In this document: one piece after another, positions 52,158 to 64,000 of the stretch
Layout: the number at the start of each line of letters is the position of its first letter
Position numbering within the stretch: the stretch's first letter is position 1
Notes under the pieces: model-generated
Told to the model about the DNA's origin: nothing
Database searches by the model: none
What the model saw: the letters and a program-made list of their open reading frames with translations, nothing else
Source of the DNA: Tubulanus polymorphus
Taxonomy: Eukaryota; Animalia; Nemertea
Length of the DNA: 64,000 nucleotides
Assembly (NCBI RefSeq): GCF_964204645.1
Contig: NC_134027.1
Span: forward strand, 21,104,560-21,168,559
Reading direction: 5' to 3'
Made by a program: the position numbers and the translations under genes

Positions 52158-55100
52158 CTGGAAATAACGGATGTATAGGCTCGTCCGAAAAAAATCCTTT
52201 AGGAGTTAGATGACGTTTATTCAGGATTTAGGAGGAAGCCATCTTTTAAGAAAAAGGTTCCAGCAACATCGGATGTTCCACAGTTCTAAGTTACGATAAT
52301 GTAAATGAAAATTCTAATTTTTGTTGCAAACCTTAACCCATTACTGTGGAACTGGATCCAGATTTACAATATTCCAAGTAATCCGATCTTGATTCTTTTT
52401 AAACCATCTCGTCGTTTCAAATATCTAATATTTGCAGCTAAAATTTCATTTAGTAATACTGCAACGGAGAAAAGATGTGTTAGTGACGGGGGATAAAGCG
52501 GCGACTAACTCGGAAGCTGGTTAGTTATTTTTGTTTTTAGTGTAACCAGAAACCCTGGTTTGGAAAATTTTCAGTGCCATATTGATTTAGGATAACCTGT
52601 CGCCATTGTTAGTGGGTATATCGAGGGGGATTGGGCATTACATTGTACCGGTAAGTCTTATTTATTTCCGTATGTCGTCGATTTTTTGGGGGATTATATT
52701 TCGCTTAGTCTTTAGAACACCTACCCCAAACATGAAATTTATGGTTGAGACTGCACAGGTTTCACTGGTTGTATTAAGACCAATTTGAGGTAGTGTTCAA
52801 AAGATTAAAGCCGGACGCACAGGGGCGACGTTTTCGAGCAATTCTTGAGCAACGGCTCGATTTGCTTGGTGTTGAATGAAGAAATTGTTCGTCTGCGTTT
52901 ACAGGAGACAGAAATTGTTCCTTGTCGAAAAGATTTGCTCAAGAGTCGCCCAATATCAAACGCGTTAGATATTGGGTGATGGAAAATTGCTCGTCGTCAA
53001 TTACTCGGAGTTGCCGTGTGAACGGCAGCTGGAGATGCCAAGCGACGAGCAACTTATCCAATGAGCCAAATCCCAAATGCGGTGACTTCTAAGGCAGCCA
53101 TCTTGACATAGATGTTTGCTAGGAAATATATTGACTCAGTCTCCAGTGATAGCACACTGGAAACACCAAGCGATCGATTGCTCTAGAATCCCGCGCAGTA
53201 CCAATCGCTGCAACCGGTGACTATAAATCGCATCGTGCGCGCCGAAAAATGGACGACACAAAAATAAATCGACTTCTAACCACATTTCTTTCTCATCTGA
53301 TAATGTTGCCTCAGTCATTTGCTGATAGGTTTTAGCATTTAAGCTGGAGGTGGTATAAATTGTTAAACCGACCCAGGGTGTGGGTTATTCGGTCTGAATC
53401 ATGTAAGTCGAACTCGCTTAAGTAGTCGAGACCTTCGTTAATTTTGATATTCACACGGATGAATAGTAGTCAAGGGATCATTCATTTATTACGTACGCAT
53501 TAAATTTGACTTTTCCAATGCGGAGGTAATAAATGAATGATCCCCGATTGAATTAGGAATACAAATTCAATCTAGAAAACACAGACAACTCGAGTAATGC
53601 GACGACTTGTTAGCTGATGACTTGAAGCGAGTTTGACCGTAGTTGTTCGTAATGTTTCGTAGCGAAAAAAATAGATGACGATTTTCAATGAAATTATTTC
53701 GATCGAGCATTGGATTTATTTTGACCTTTTGTGAAAGGGTATGGTAGTTATGGGAACCATTGTTGTAAAATGTCGTAGATCAAGAGTTCGTATTCCAACG
53801 ACAACAACTTGTTAAAACACAGGCTGAAAGCCCTTAGTTCTTAATGCACAAAATACACCACAAAGGTTTTTATTATAGTTCTGTAATGGCAGTCGACTGT
53901 GAATTTTTATTCCTGTTAGTGGCTTCCTATTGACAGCCAATATGGATATCGTAATGTCATGAAAAACTTTAGTACTGGGTAGTAAGCTGCAGGTATGTCA
54001 TCAGGATTTGTTTATGAAACCATGGACGTATAAACTAATCTAGTTTATACATCCATGATGAAACTTAGGCATCCGGACAATATCCATTGATGAGCTGCGT
54101 TGAACTTACACCTGTAACGACAGACTAGACCATTGGTTATTGATAACTTCTTGTTTATTTTCATTTCACTATTATTGTAAATTACTCCAATATTGTAGCT
54201 GGCCAGATATAAAATGATTGTCTCATACTAAAAAAAATAAAAATGTGTTTTGACTTGGCATTTTGAGTTGGAATTTCATTTGCTCTGAGAACAAATTAAA
54301 GATAGGATTTGAAGATATCAATCATGTACTGAGGACTATAATTTAAGGACATTTTTAGGGGGCATAATGACTGAACCGTTGCAGGGGCGGATCCAAGCGT
54401 TATTCCACTGTATTCCAGTATATAGTCAGAAACATGTATATAACATATTTTTTAGAAGTGCCTTATCTAACAGGTCCAGAATGCCTTTAGATACAAGGAA
54501 AAAGAGTCATTTTTCAAATTGTATTTCTTGGGGAGGACCCCAACCCCCCTTTAATGAGCTGGCTGGATCCACCCTGCATTGTACGCCCAAAAGATCAATC
54601 ACAGGAGCACCAACTGATAGGAGAGGGAATCAAGTTTGATGCGTAACCATATTAAGCAGTGGCCCTATGAACGCTCATTAGGCACATGGTCACATTATAC
54701 AGAAAACATTGCTGTGAAAATATAAAATCACAGGCCACTTGTTGTCAATGTCCAACGAGATAAGCCAACTCCATGAGATTTTCAAGAAAAATTTTGATTT
54801 CGTTTTGATCTTAATGATTGATATGTATATGCATCCTCTGAATTCATAGGCCTGTAACTTTCTCTATATGGTTGCAAATATTACAATTACTGTTAAATGC
54901 AAATTAGGATATAGATAAGCATATATAACCTTGTTATCCCAAAAGTATGAGAAATGTTGAAAATGGATTCATTTGTATTTTGTGGTTGAGATTGCACAAC
55001 AGACTACCCCGTACATATTCCTACATACGATATTTGAATGACTCTGCAATCTGAATGGAATGAAAAACGTTGCTTGATTCACCCAAGATTTTTCCAGATT

Positions 55101-56440
55101 CCTCATCGATGAGGCTGTTTTTCCATGGGACTGGTTCACGTGGAAAATTTGATCTAACAAATTTCCCTTTAGCTTTTCGTTATTTTCTGAGAATTCCCTT
55201 TGGCAACAGGCCCAACAGCAGAGCAGACCCAAACCCACCTCCGTGTCTCGTCACTTGGCAAATCAATCTTATTAAGAAATTAGCACCATATTATCAACAC
55301 TGTGTTAATTTTATCGTCCTGTATATTTGATAATTTCGCTTTATGCAATGAGGTTTTCAGTGCTTAGAATTTTCAGGCAACCTCGTCAACCTTGTTAAGG
55401 ATCCAAAGACACTATGCTCACGAAAAGTGAACGTAATAGCCCGCTGGGACTAAAGTCCCAAGTGGGTTAAAAAGTAATTAGAAAATATGTATTTTAAGTA
55501 TAACAAAAATAAAACTCATCCGACACCCAAGAAATTTATAGCTTAGGAATGAAGTCTCCCGTACCTGCTTTGCAATGATCTAGAAAATATCCCAGACATT
55601 CAGTCTCCAGAGTTATAATAGCAGTAAAATCAAGTCAGTCGGTTATAGAATTTAAAAAGACACGAGTCAAACATTAAAGAAAGTGAAATAAAATACAGTC
55701 AACCCCCCATTTACTGCCAACCCCGTCTACCGACTGGTTTTCTCAAAATATATGAAAATTACCAATATAATGAAAATTACCATGCGTTCAGTCTTAACTT
55801 ATGCTATTTTGCTCTACTCAGACCTAAAAACTAAACAACTTGTTTCCAGCATAAATTTCTTTTCTTTAATATATATGTGACATGCTTTGCAGCTTATAGA
55901 TCAAACCAAAAATACATCATATCGATCAGACTTAAAATACACGATTCAGAAAGAGATTCTGACGATGAAGATCTGCAATGAATGAGATCATCTGTTATCC
56001 TTCTTGTGGCCTGGACCTTCCCCCTCAAAAATTTGATACTTTATCACAATTCCTCCAATTTCCGATCCTCAAAGCTTGACCAGTATTCAGGAATTTACGA
56101 TTTTTGTTGAAAATTATATCACAAATGGATATTAAACACTCAACATTAGTCAGCGGTTGTCAAGACTTCAGATTATTAATTGGTGGATGGTGGTAGGTTC
56201 CAGGCTGCATAAGAAATGAAACGTCCATAATCATCCAAATACAACTTGTTAATTCCAGTATTGAAGTTGAAACCGTTTTTATTGTTAGCAATAATATACA
56301 ATGACACTGACATATTATACAAGTACCGTATAACATATATAACATTAGTATATATATCAGATCTCAAAACCAGCTCTGGTTATTGTGAGGTTGAAAAACT
56401 CTGAAATGCTTTGTACACTAAGCTAAACTAAATCTAGCTC

Positions 56441-56730
56441 TGGAATGTGAAGGTTAGATCTAAAACAAAATCCAGCCCAGGAATGTGAGGGTCAGATCTA
56501 AAATAAATCCAGCCCGCAAGGGTCAGACCTTGCCATACTTAACCCCTGGAATGTGAGACAAGACCTACACAAAATCTAGGCCTAGAATGCGAGGGTCAGA
56601 TCTAAACAAAATCAAGCCCGGGAATGTAAGTATCTGGTCTTAATGAAGTTAAGCCCTGGAATGATCTTAATAATTCAAGCCCTAAAAAGTGAGGGTCAGA
56701 TCTAAGAACATTTGAACCTCTGGAATGCAA
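56441..56730. repeat. Minisatellite, about 38-40 bp degenerate unit, in the AASS 3' flank/UTR
   Basis: Repeating GGAATGTGAGGGTCAGATCTAAAACAAAATCCAGCCC. Confidence 0.85.
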
Positions 56731-57015
56731 GGGGTGTTCGGTCAAAAAATATAAAACATTTCGGAATCTAAATATAACAAAAATAAAGAAATCGTTGTAA
56801 AACCTGATAAAATTTGAGCCTCAATTTACCACAGCCTCTTTTTAAAATACACTATTTCATTCAAATATCTGAGAATCTATGATACAGAATCAAACCCAAA
56901 AATACATCAATTTATACTATAGAAACACATCACACAATGAAGGCGCTTACGCTTACACAATATTACCGCAAACATTTGCACCGTTTTTTTAATCTGCCCG
57001 TAGATGGCATCGTTG

Positions 57016-57302
57016 TTAGTTGACGGTATAGGTGGCGCTGATACCCTCGGCTCGTAGTCGTTGTAACATTGGACGGTACATGGATACTCCTTTCGGCATA
57101 CAAACTCCTTTCGATTGGATTTCTCCTTCGAGGATCATTTTCGCGCCGATGCCGGCTGTATAGCCAACACACTTGGCCATAGCGCTGTGACCGTTCGGGT
57201 CGCCGTAGACAACTAAACGAGTATCCCTCTGTTCTGTCGCTCCTGACGACCATTGGAAGTCGATCAGATTTCTCATAACAACTAAATCACGTTCTCCAGG
57301 AC
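57016..57302 (-). CDS. AASS: AASS (lysine-ketoglutarate reductase/saccharopine dehydrogenase), last exon
   Basis: ttgcag acceptor. Encodes GPGERDLVVMRN...LVVYGDPNGHSAMAKCVGYTAGIGAKMILEGEI...PMLQRLRAEGI...*, matching the AASS C-terminus. Confidence 0.95.
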
Positions 57303-57979
57303 CTGCAATTGGATATTTCCATGTTGGTAATGAATTATTTGCAATCAAATGGTGGTAATCGCAGTGCTACTCTGGCAATCAAATTTCCACTTATGGCAGG
57401 CGAGGATCCGCCAGGTTCGCTAGTAGATAGTTGGTCGTCCGTGTTCAATTTCTTCTACATTTCAATTAAATCTAAATGAACTTTTCTCTTAAATGAATCA
57501 ACTATTTATGATACCTTTCTCAGAGTAGAAGAATCAAAGTATTGTATATTTGGGGGTCGTTGTGATAATATATAGATTGAGGAGTCTAAAAATCCAGTTT
57601 AATGTTCATTAAAAATGAACTAATTTTGACAATGGACACCCTACTGCTTGTCACGCCAACTGGCGGGATAGCTGATTTTGCGGGTACCCCATTATTAGAC
57701 AAAATAGTTTCACCCAGAGTTATCGAACCCTGGAACAGTCTCCCCAGTGTAGTAATGTGCAACACAATGGACTCATTTTAGGCGAATCTCGACAATTACT
57801 GGTGTGACTGTCACTACCGCACACACCACCAAAGTTATAGCCTACGCAACTGTATTTGATGATGATGGAGCCTTAAAAATAATAGCTTAAAGTATGTATG
57901 ATGAACCAGTTGTCCAGCTGTCCTAATACTGTTAACATGAGTCAATGATCCATTCAAATTGAGAGTTCAGAAAACTTAC

Positions 57980-58068
57980 CGAATGCAAGTAACGTGTTTA
58001 AATGTTCAGCCAGAGTTTCTACAGGAGTTCCACGTTTATCTATAACATCATCGCTGATTAATCCCAAC
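57980..58068 (-). CDS. AASS: AASS exon
   Basis: Encodes LGLISDDVIDKRGTPVETLAEHLNTLLAFG; tttag / gtaagt borders; phases match. Confidence 0.92.
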
Positions 58069-59000
58069 CTAAAATAAATACATGTAAATACAGGGTTTGA
58101 TCTAAGGAATGAAAGCCACTTGCCTGGGGGGCAAGCATATCTGAAATTTCGCTTGCCCCCTCCAAAAGCTACTTGCCCTACACAGGCAGTCCGATTGGTG
58201 GCACTATCATCCGTTGTATGAGTGGGGAAAAAAAGCTTTGTGACATAAAATTTCACAAGCCCGGGGGACAAGCGATAATGATAACCTACTTGCCCTGATG
58301 AGAATATACTTGTCTCGAGCAATCGGACAAGTGCTTAGATCGGACCCTGCAATAGCAACTAATCGGATGAGGTATGGGGTATCATGAGTTCATGAGTTTC
58401 ACAAAGTTAACAAAGCTCGAAATCTATAAACAAATTTAATTCTTTCCTTGTAACCATTCTCAATTGCAGCCTAAATTGTGCAAGCAAAACATTCAAGATG
58501 GCTGTCCTGGTGGCCATATTGACCTCCATTTACAATAGGGTTGAGCATTTCACGTGTCCCATTCCTCACGGCAAGATTCATTTCATGAATATCTACCAAA
58601 ACTTGCAAGCTGTATCATGCTAACAAGAATTTCAAGATGATCCCCGAGGTGGCCCTATTAGATGACCTCCATTTTCAAAAGGGGACATCTCACCTGAACC
58701 AATCCTCAAAACCCAATCACATGGTAATCCACTATGAATCGTAGGCTGTATCACGCTAACCAGGTCTCAAAGGGATGGCCAATGACGCACACTTACTTAT
58801 GTAGAACGTCTTCCCCCATAATCACCATATCTGGAAAGTGTCCATGGCTTAATAGCCAATACCTATTGTATGTAACAACTTATGTCAAATGGAATCCTCA
58901 TTTGATATCGTAGAACATAGCATAATCACTCTTCATCGACGTCATAAATCTACTAAATTGCTGACTTTACATCAATGAGTGCTCTGCACTCAATACCTAC

Positions 59001-59116
59001 TGTTCAACCATTTGCATCTGTTGTTCATCTTTATCTAAATGATCGAATACGGCATTTCTCAAAGTGTCCACGAATATATCGGTCGGCTTTCCAACTAATG
59101 TGCACATAAACTCTTT
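59001..59116 (-). CDS. AASS: AASS exon
   Basis: Encodes KEFMCTLVGKPTDIFVDTLRNAVFDHLDKDEQQMQMVEQ; tacag / gtaggt borders. Confidence 0.9.
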
Positions 59117-59339
59117 CTGTAACGAACAAAAACCCATTCCGATGAAGCCGTGTTTCTTCAAAAAACACCAAACTCCTTTCAATTTGAAATATAGCTTAAC
59201 GGTTTTACTCGCTGAAGTCAGATACAAATTCGAGCTGAAAAGTATTTCTGACGCGACATGAAATTATGTGACTATCTTTTTACCAACAATGACTTTAACA
59301 AGTTTGACCATTATTACGCGTTTTAAGTTGAGCAGTTAC

Positions 59340-59435
59340 CCATGTTATATCACGGCCACCTGGATGCAGATAATGGTTCGGCTGGTCGCAAATGAACCCT
59401 AGTTTAATCAAACCTTTCATTGCGTTACAGAAACC
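59340..59435 (-). CDS. AASS: AASS exon
   Basis: Encodes GFCNAMKGLIKLGFICDQPNHYLHPGGRDITW; ttcag / gtaact borders. Confidence 0.93.
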
Positions 59436-59793
59436 CTGAAAATAAACATAATTGCCTCTGTATAACGAAAATGATACAACGGACCAATCGGTATAGTTAT
59501 ACAGTGGAACCTCATTACAGCGAACTTCACGAGAACAAAAATTCTGTTCATTACAACCGTGAGTTCATTATATCCAGTATGAAAGTACACGTAATTGATA
59601 TTTTCCTATTTGGGACAAGATTCTAGGTTTTTAATAACCGAAAAATCGTTACATCCGAGGTCGTTATAACGAGGTTCCACTGCAGGCATATATGGCTTAC
59701 AGATGACCTGTGCACTGTAGGGTTGATCTAATAGTTTTATTCTAAATCGCTTCGTGTATGATATAGCGCGGGTCGGTGTATCTGGATACTTAC

Positions 59794-59961
59794 CGCATAT
59801 CTCACTGAACCACGTAATATCGTCTGGGCCGATTGTATACCATACAATTCCTTGTAAACTGTAGAATCGCGGTTGGGTAAACCTTCCAAATTGAATCCCG
59901 GGAAAAAATCCAACACGGTCGCCTCGTCCATCAGAGTACCACCAGCTGATATATCAACTAC
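59794..59961 (-). CDS. AASS: AASS exon
   Basis: Encodes [56 protein letters not shown], with the conserved LEGxPNRDS motif. Confidence 0.95.
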
Positions 59962-60583
59962 CTAGAAAATAAAACGACGTTGCTATTAGGAATCATCCAT
60001 CTACTATCGGCAGTTTCCTTCCTCCATCTCTGGACTTTGATTTATTCAACACCACAAAGCATGGTTAGATTCTCTAATCTCATATCTACGTGTACTTTCA
60101 TTCAGTATTAAGAAAAAGGACAGAAAGAGAAACTCTGTCACTGTCAGGATTCCAATGATTAAATATAGCTGCAAAGCAGCGATAACAGGTTTTCTTTCAC
60201 ATGTGACACAGAGGGATTGAAAGGATGGAAAGATTCGCACCACTGAGAAAATGAAATGGGAGCAACTTTGATTTGAATATTTTCTTAATAATGGTTGCAT
60301 GGAGAGCTCATAAGAAGAGCCCAATAAGAAGATCCTCTAACAGTAAGGATTCAAGCCACAACCTTTTGAGTGAGAGCTTTGAGAAAAACCACAGAAAGAA
60401 ATTCTGGCACTGTCAGGATTTGAACCATCAATTGTGTCATTGTATGAATTGAATTGTTGGATAACAAGCAAAGAGGAGAACTACAGAAATTCTGCCTGGA
60501 TTTAATTGTAGAAAAAGAAGAACCACATGTTCAAATAGATTCAGGGAACTAAGTGTTGAAAGATGTTTCATATGTTTACATGC

Positions 60584-60647
60584 CTTGTTATCCATGAGAT
60601 ATCTAGCTGCTCCTACAACATTTCTCAACACACCAACAGGACTCCAA
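60584..60647 (-). CDS. AASS: AASS exon (probable GC donor)
   Basis: Encodes (S)WSPVGVLRNVVGAARYLMDNK, followed by AAG|gcatgt. Confidence 0.9.
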
Positions 60648-60723
60648 CTATAAATATGAAGAAAAAAGAATTTTCCAAGAGCTCAAAGCTAGAACAATGT
60701 TCAATTCTACGGAGGCTACATAC

Positions 60724-60800
60724 CTGAATTTATATCTGAGAGGATTATTAGTGAGTTCTGGAGAAGGTAACCCTCCACAGTAGGAGGTGAATCCAGTTAT
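60724..60800 (-). CDS. AASS: AASS exon
   Basis: Encodes [26 protein letters not shown], the saccharopine dehydrogenase signature SYCGGLP...NPLRYKFSWSP. Confidence 0.96.
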
Positions 60801-61279
60801 CTGTAATATAAAGACGATAAAACTATTTACCACACAGCCCAAACACGGAACTTAACAGGATTTTGCTTTTAAGCTAGGCTATGCCTGCTTCGGCCTCTAC
60901 TCTCTGCGACTGGAAGATCTAGTCACTTGCTTGTGCTTGCAGCATCCTAAGAAGTCTTTTCACGTAAAGCTTAATTTCATATGTAGATGGGTACAACTCA
61001 ATATCCCAGGACCCAATATTGTTGGTTAAATTCTGACTAAAGGATATCAATCAAAATGAACTCAATAAGGAAAATAATTGAGAAATTTGATTATCAACCC
61101 CTGAGGTGAAATGACTAATTTCAGGCTGCTAAAGCTGTACTCATGAAGGCTTCTCACCAACAGAGTCGACAGTCATGGATCATTCAGACTACAGCTCTCA
61201 GGCCATCGTAGGCGAACCATAGAAATCTGTACAATGTACGTTATTAGCATTGATTTAAAAAAAAAAAAAATGAAATTAC

Positions 61280-61388
61280 CTTTCCACCGGCTTCATGAAT
61301 TTCATCGAAACATTCTAAAGCCAACATATGGTCGATCCCCGGATCCAAACCCATCTCGTTCAGAATCGTTATATCTGCATTCACAGCA
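61280..61388 (-). CDS. AASS: AASS exon
   Basis: Encodes AVNADITILNEMGLDPGIDHMLALECFDEIHEAGGK, with the conserved GLDPGIDH motif. Confidence 0.96.
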
Positions 61389-61600
61389 CTATAAAACAGA
61401 CCAATCGATAAATCTTACCGTCACGTATTTCTTGAAACATGTTACAAATGATTTAGAAAAGTTCAGGAGTGATGTAAAAATTACCAGTAGTTGATTATAT
61501 CAAGTGCTGGTCAACAATCAACAATTCAGATGTCGTTCAGTCAAGCTGTTATGACTGGTCTCAATGTCTTTCGTATCAGCTAATAGAGACTTATCAGTAA

Positions 61601-62098
61601 AGCCTGGCGCACACGAGGCAATTTTTGGTCGCCGGTTGCTACGACCAATTTTTTAAGCAACCATTGAGCAATCGATTCTTTGGTGTCGCCCGTTTGCTAC
61701 CAATGGCGACAAAAAGGTGATTCTCTCTCTACATCTGTATCATTTGATTTGTCAAGATGGCCGCGCTATTGCCTCGGAGGTCACCGTATTTGGAAGTATC
61801 AAATGATAATTATTCACTCTCTCATCGTCTAGTTGATGAGTTGCTCGTCGCCTGGCGTCTCCAGCTACGGCACACAGGCAACTCCTGAGCGATCGATGAG
61901 CACTTTCTCGGCGACGAGCAATTTTCCGTCTCCCGATATCAAACATGTTTGATAACCAGCGACCAGGAGCAAATCCTTTCGTCAATGAGCAATCGCTGTC
62001 TCCGGTTACCGCAGACGAGCGATTTTTTCGTTCAACGCCGAGCAAATCGGGCGGTTGCTCGAGAATTGTTCGAAAACGTCAGCCGTGTGCGATAGGCT
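61601..62098. mobile_element. PIF/Harbinger-type MITE in an AASS intron; related inverted partial copy from 52809
   Basis: TAA-AGCCTGGCGCACACG ... CGTGTGCGATAGGCT-TAA. Confidence 0.8.
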
Positions 62099-62204
62099 TA
62101 AGGCTTAGCTCATAAGACTTAGCTCAAGGACTGGTATCACACAGTTTAGGCTGATAGAGACTGGTATGAATTAAGTTTTGGCGGATGGGGAAGATGATAC
62201 TTAC

Positions 62205-62315
62205 GCATCATGTAGTTCTCTCATAGATGGGTGTATGTAACTACTGGTTAACATGTTAGTCTTGTATTTGATACATAGTTTTGCTATATCTATGTGGTGT
62301 ACATGCGGCAGCATG
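62205..62315 (-). CDS. AASS: AASS exon (most upstream one identified in the window)
   Basis: Encodes (S)MLPHVHHIDIAKLCIKYKTNMLTSSYIHPSMRELHDA; ttctag / gtaagt borders; corresponds to the SLLPY..H..VAK.CI....MVTASY region of AASS. Confidence 0.93.
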
Positions 62316-64000
62316 CTAGAAAACAAGATGAAAACAAGAATTATTCATCAGAAAATAATAGAAATTCGAAATGATTCAAATGACTTTCGTGTCAAAACAT
62401 ATAGCAAATATTGGCAAGGAATTTCCGTCCTCGTTCTCTTCGTCCCCGTAGTGCAAATGTAACAATGTGCAACCAATGACAGACCCAAACAGGGATATAA
62501 TAAACTGAAATCATGCATTTCATACCTCTCAGTCGAGTACAACACAAGAGGTCGAAATCACACAATGTGCAAAATACAACTAAATATACAACTGACAGGG
62601 AAAACGTATCATTCACGGGACGGGTTTCATAGATGGGCCACTACTTTCACAAAACGAAACCCCATGATTTCTACAGTGGAATTTCGTAATAACGAAATCA
62701 AATATACCCGGTACGTAAAAACAAATCTAGAATTTGGTCCCGAATATAAATAATTTCGCAACAGATACAAGGAAGAGATGTGCTGGTTGCCTGAAATTCA
62801 TATCAATGTTGTTCCACTGTGATTTCGTACTGAAACCGAATTCACTGGTCCCCTGAAATTACCACTAAAGATTAATGTCTTATTCATTGGTGTTTATAAC
62901 TCACCACACCTGCTGGGAATGAAAAGGGGAATTTGATTTTTAAATCGGAGAACAAACTATACCGATAGATGATCAGTCAAAATTTAAAGAACTTTCTTTA
63001 GTCTATATCGAAGTACAAAATTGGAAATTTCTATCGTTAATCGTTAACATTCACATAATAATCATAACTTCAAACTGTTGCCCGCAGTAAAAGTAATCAG
63101 CCGACTATAAAACCAGACCCTGAATAAAGAAACGAACATTTATCTAAGGAACTTAAGGAAGATCGAACAACAATTTACCCGTATTCCAATCTGGATAAAG
63201 ACAAGATCATAAATAGATATACACTACTTTCAGAGCACTAGTGTACATTTACCAGTAACTAGTGATTGGGTTCATAAATGAAGTAATATGCCAACCAATG
63301 GGTTAACTGAATACCGAATCAACAAAATGTTTTCTTTAGAAAACTACATTTCATTTATAATATACAAAGAGGGACATCTTTCTTTGGCACGGATTCGAAC
63401 CTGATGGCATCACATAAAACAATGCATGAACAGTCCAGTGCACAACTATAAGCATTCTTAAAATGTTGTCATTATTAGTCAATTGAAATTAGTCAATTTG
63501 AATGTTACATTTGGCCCGGGTTATTCTAATGATAAATATATCCATGAATTTGCATCATACGTACAGCATGTCAAACCTGACTACCTTATTATCTACCTTC
63601 ATAGCAATTTTGACCACAATTTGATACATAAAATCGCAGTTTAATTGAAAATGAACTAAAAATTAATCTCATTTTGAGAATATTTCGATGATATCGGTGG
63701 TTATTGAGCTCTTAGGAGTAGTAACTACCGTACTCTTAAATAGCATTAGTAGTCAGGTCTGGCATAAAATCTTATTGACATAGCATATTCTCACGTGGCG
63801 AAGGAGCCCAAGAAAGGCTGATCAGGCAGATGGCAGAGTGTTATAATGCCATCAGATTCGAATCCCTGCTGAGAGGGGATAGGGGGGTTTAAATATATAG
63901 AAAGATGAGAAATAAACGTAGAAAGCAATAATCACGTCAAAGTACCTCGATGATGACAGATGCCATATTGTCAAGATTGTTTAGAAATTTCATGTATCAT

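Noticed and set aside
63385-63870. tRNA B-box-like strings (GGATTCGAACC, AGATTCGAATCCC; also about 19503 and 60416)
   Set aside because: No cloverleaf or matching A-box; at most decayed SINE heads.
63577-64000. Candidate next upstream AASS exon (phase-2 AG|gt sites at about 63577 and 63946)
   Set aside because: Translations do not resemble the expected ...DLVIS segment; the exon probably lies beyond the window.

Overview
AT-rich, intron-containing animal (invertebrate, plausibly lophotrochozoan) genomic DNA. I rebuilt three spliced genes by hand from splice signals and phase continuity. (1) The 5' part of an unidentified, probably beta-propeller (WD40-like) protein gene on the minus strand: 4 exons, 3571 to 850, running off the left edge. 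(2) A complete NR1J/HR96/DAF-12-type nuclear receptor on the plus strand: P-box CESCKA, coding exons 33624-47718, about 499 aa. It has a candidate alternative first coding exon at 39199-39213, preceded by a cluster of nuclear-receptor response elements. (3) The 3' half (saccharopine dehydrogenase domain) of AASS on the minus strand: 9 exons, 62315 to 57016, convergent with the receptor, with one probable GC-AG intron. Intergenic and intronic space is dense with mobile-element debris: a decayed BEL/Pao gag, Penelope-like and LINE relics, a Helentron/pearl-like element carrying tandem CTCF-like motifs, a possibly spliced P-loop ATPase relic, and several MITE families (5-bp-TSD CAGGGG/CCCCTG, piggyBac-type, Harbinger-type, pogo/Tigger-type), plus micro- and minisatellites. 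No CRISPR array, rRNA or intact tRNA was seen. I found no clearly new biological system. The best leads are the receptor's dual-promoter/response-element architecture, the unidentified gene and the ATPase relic. Family assignments come from remembered motifs, not database searches.
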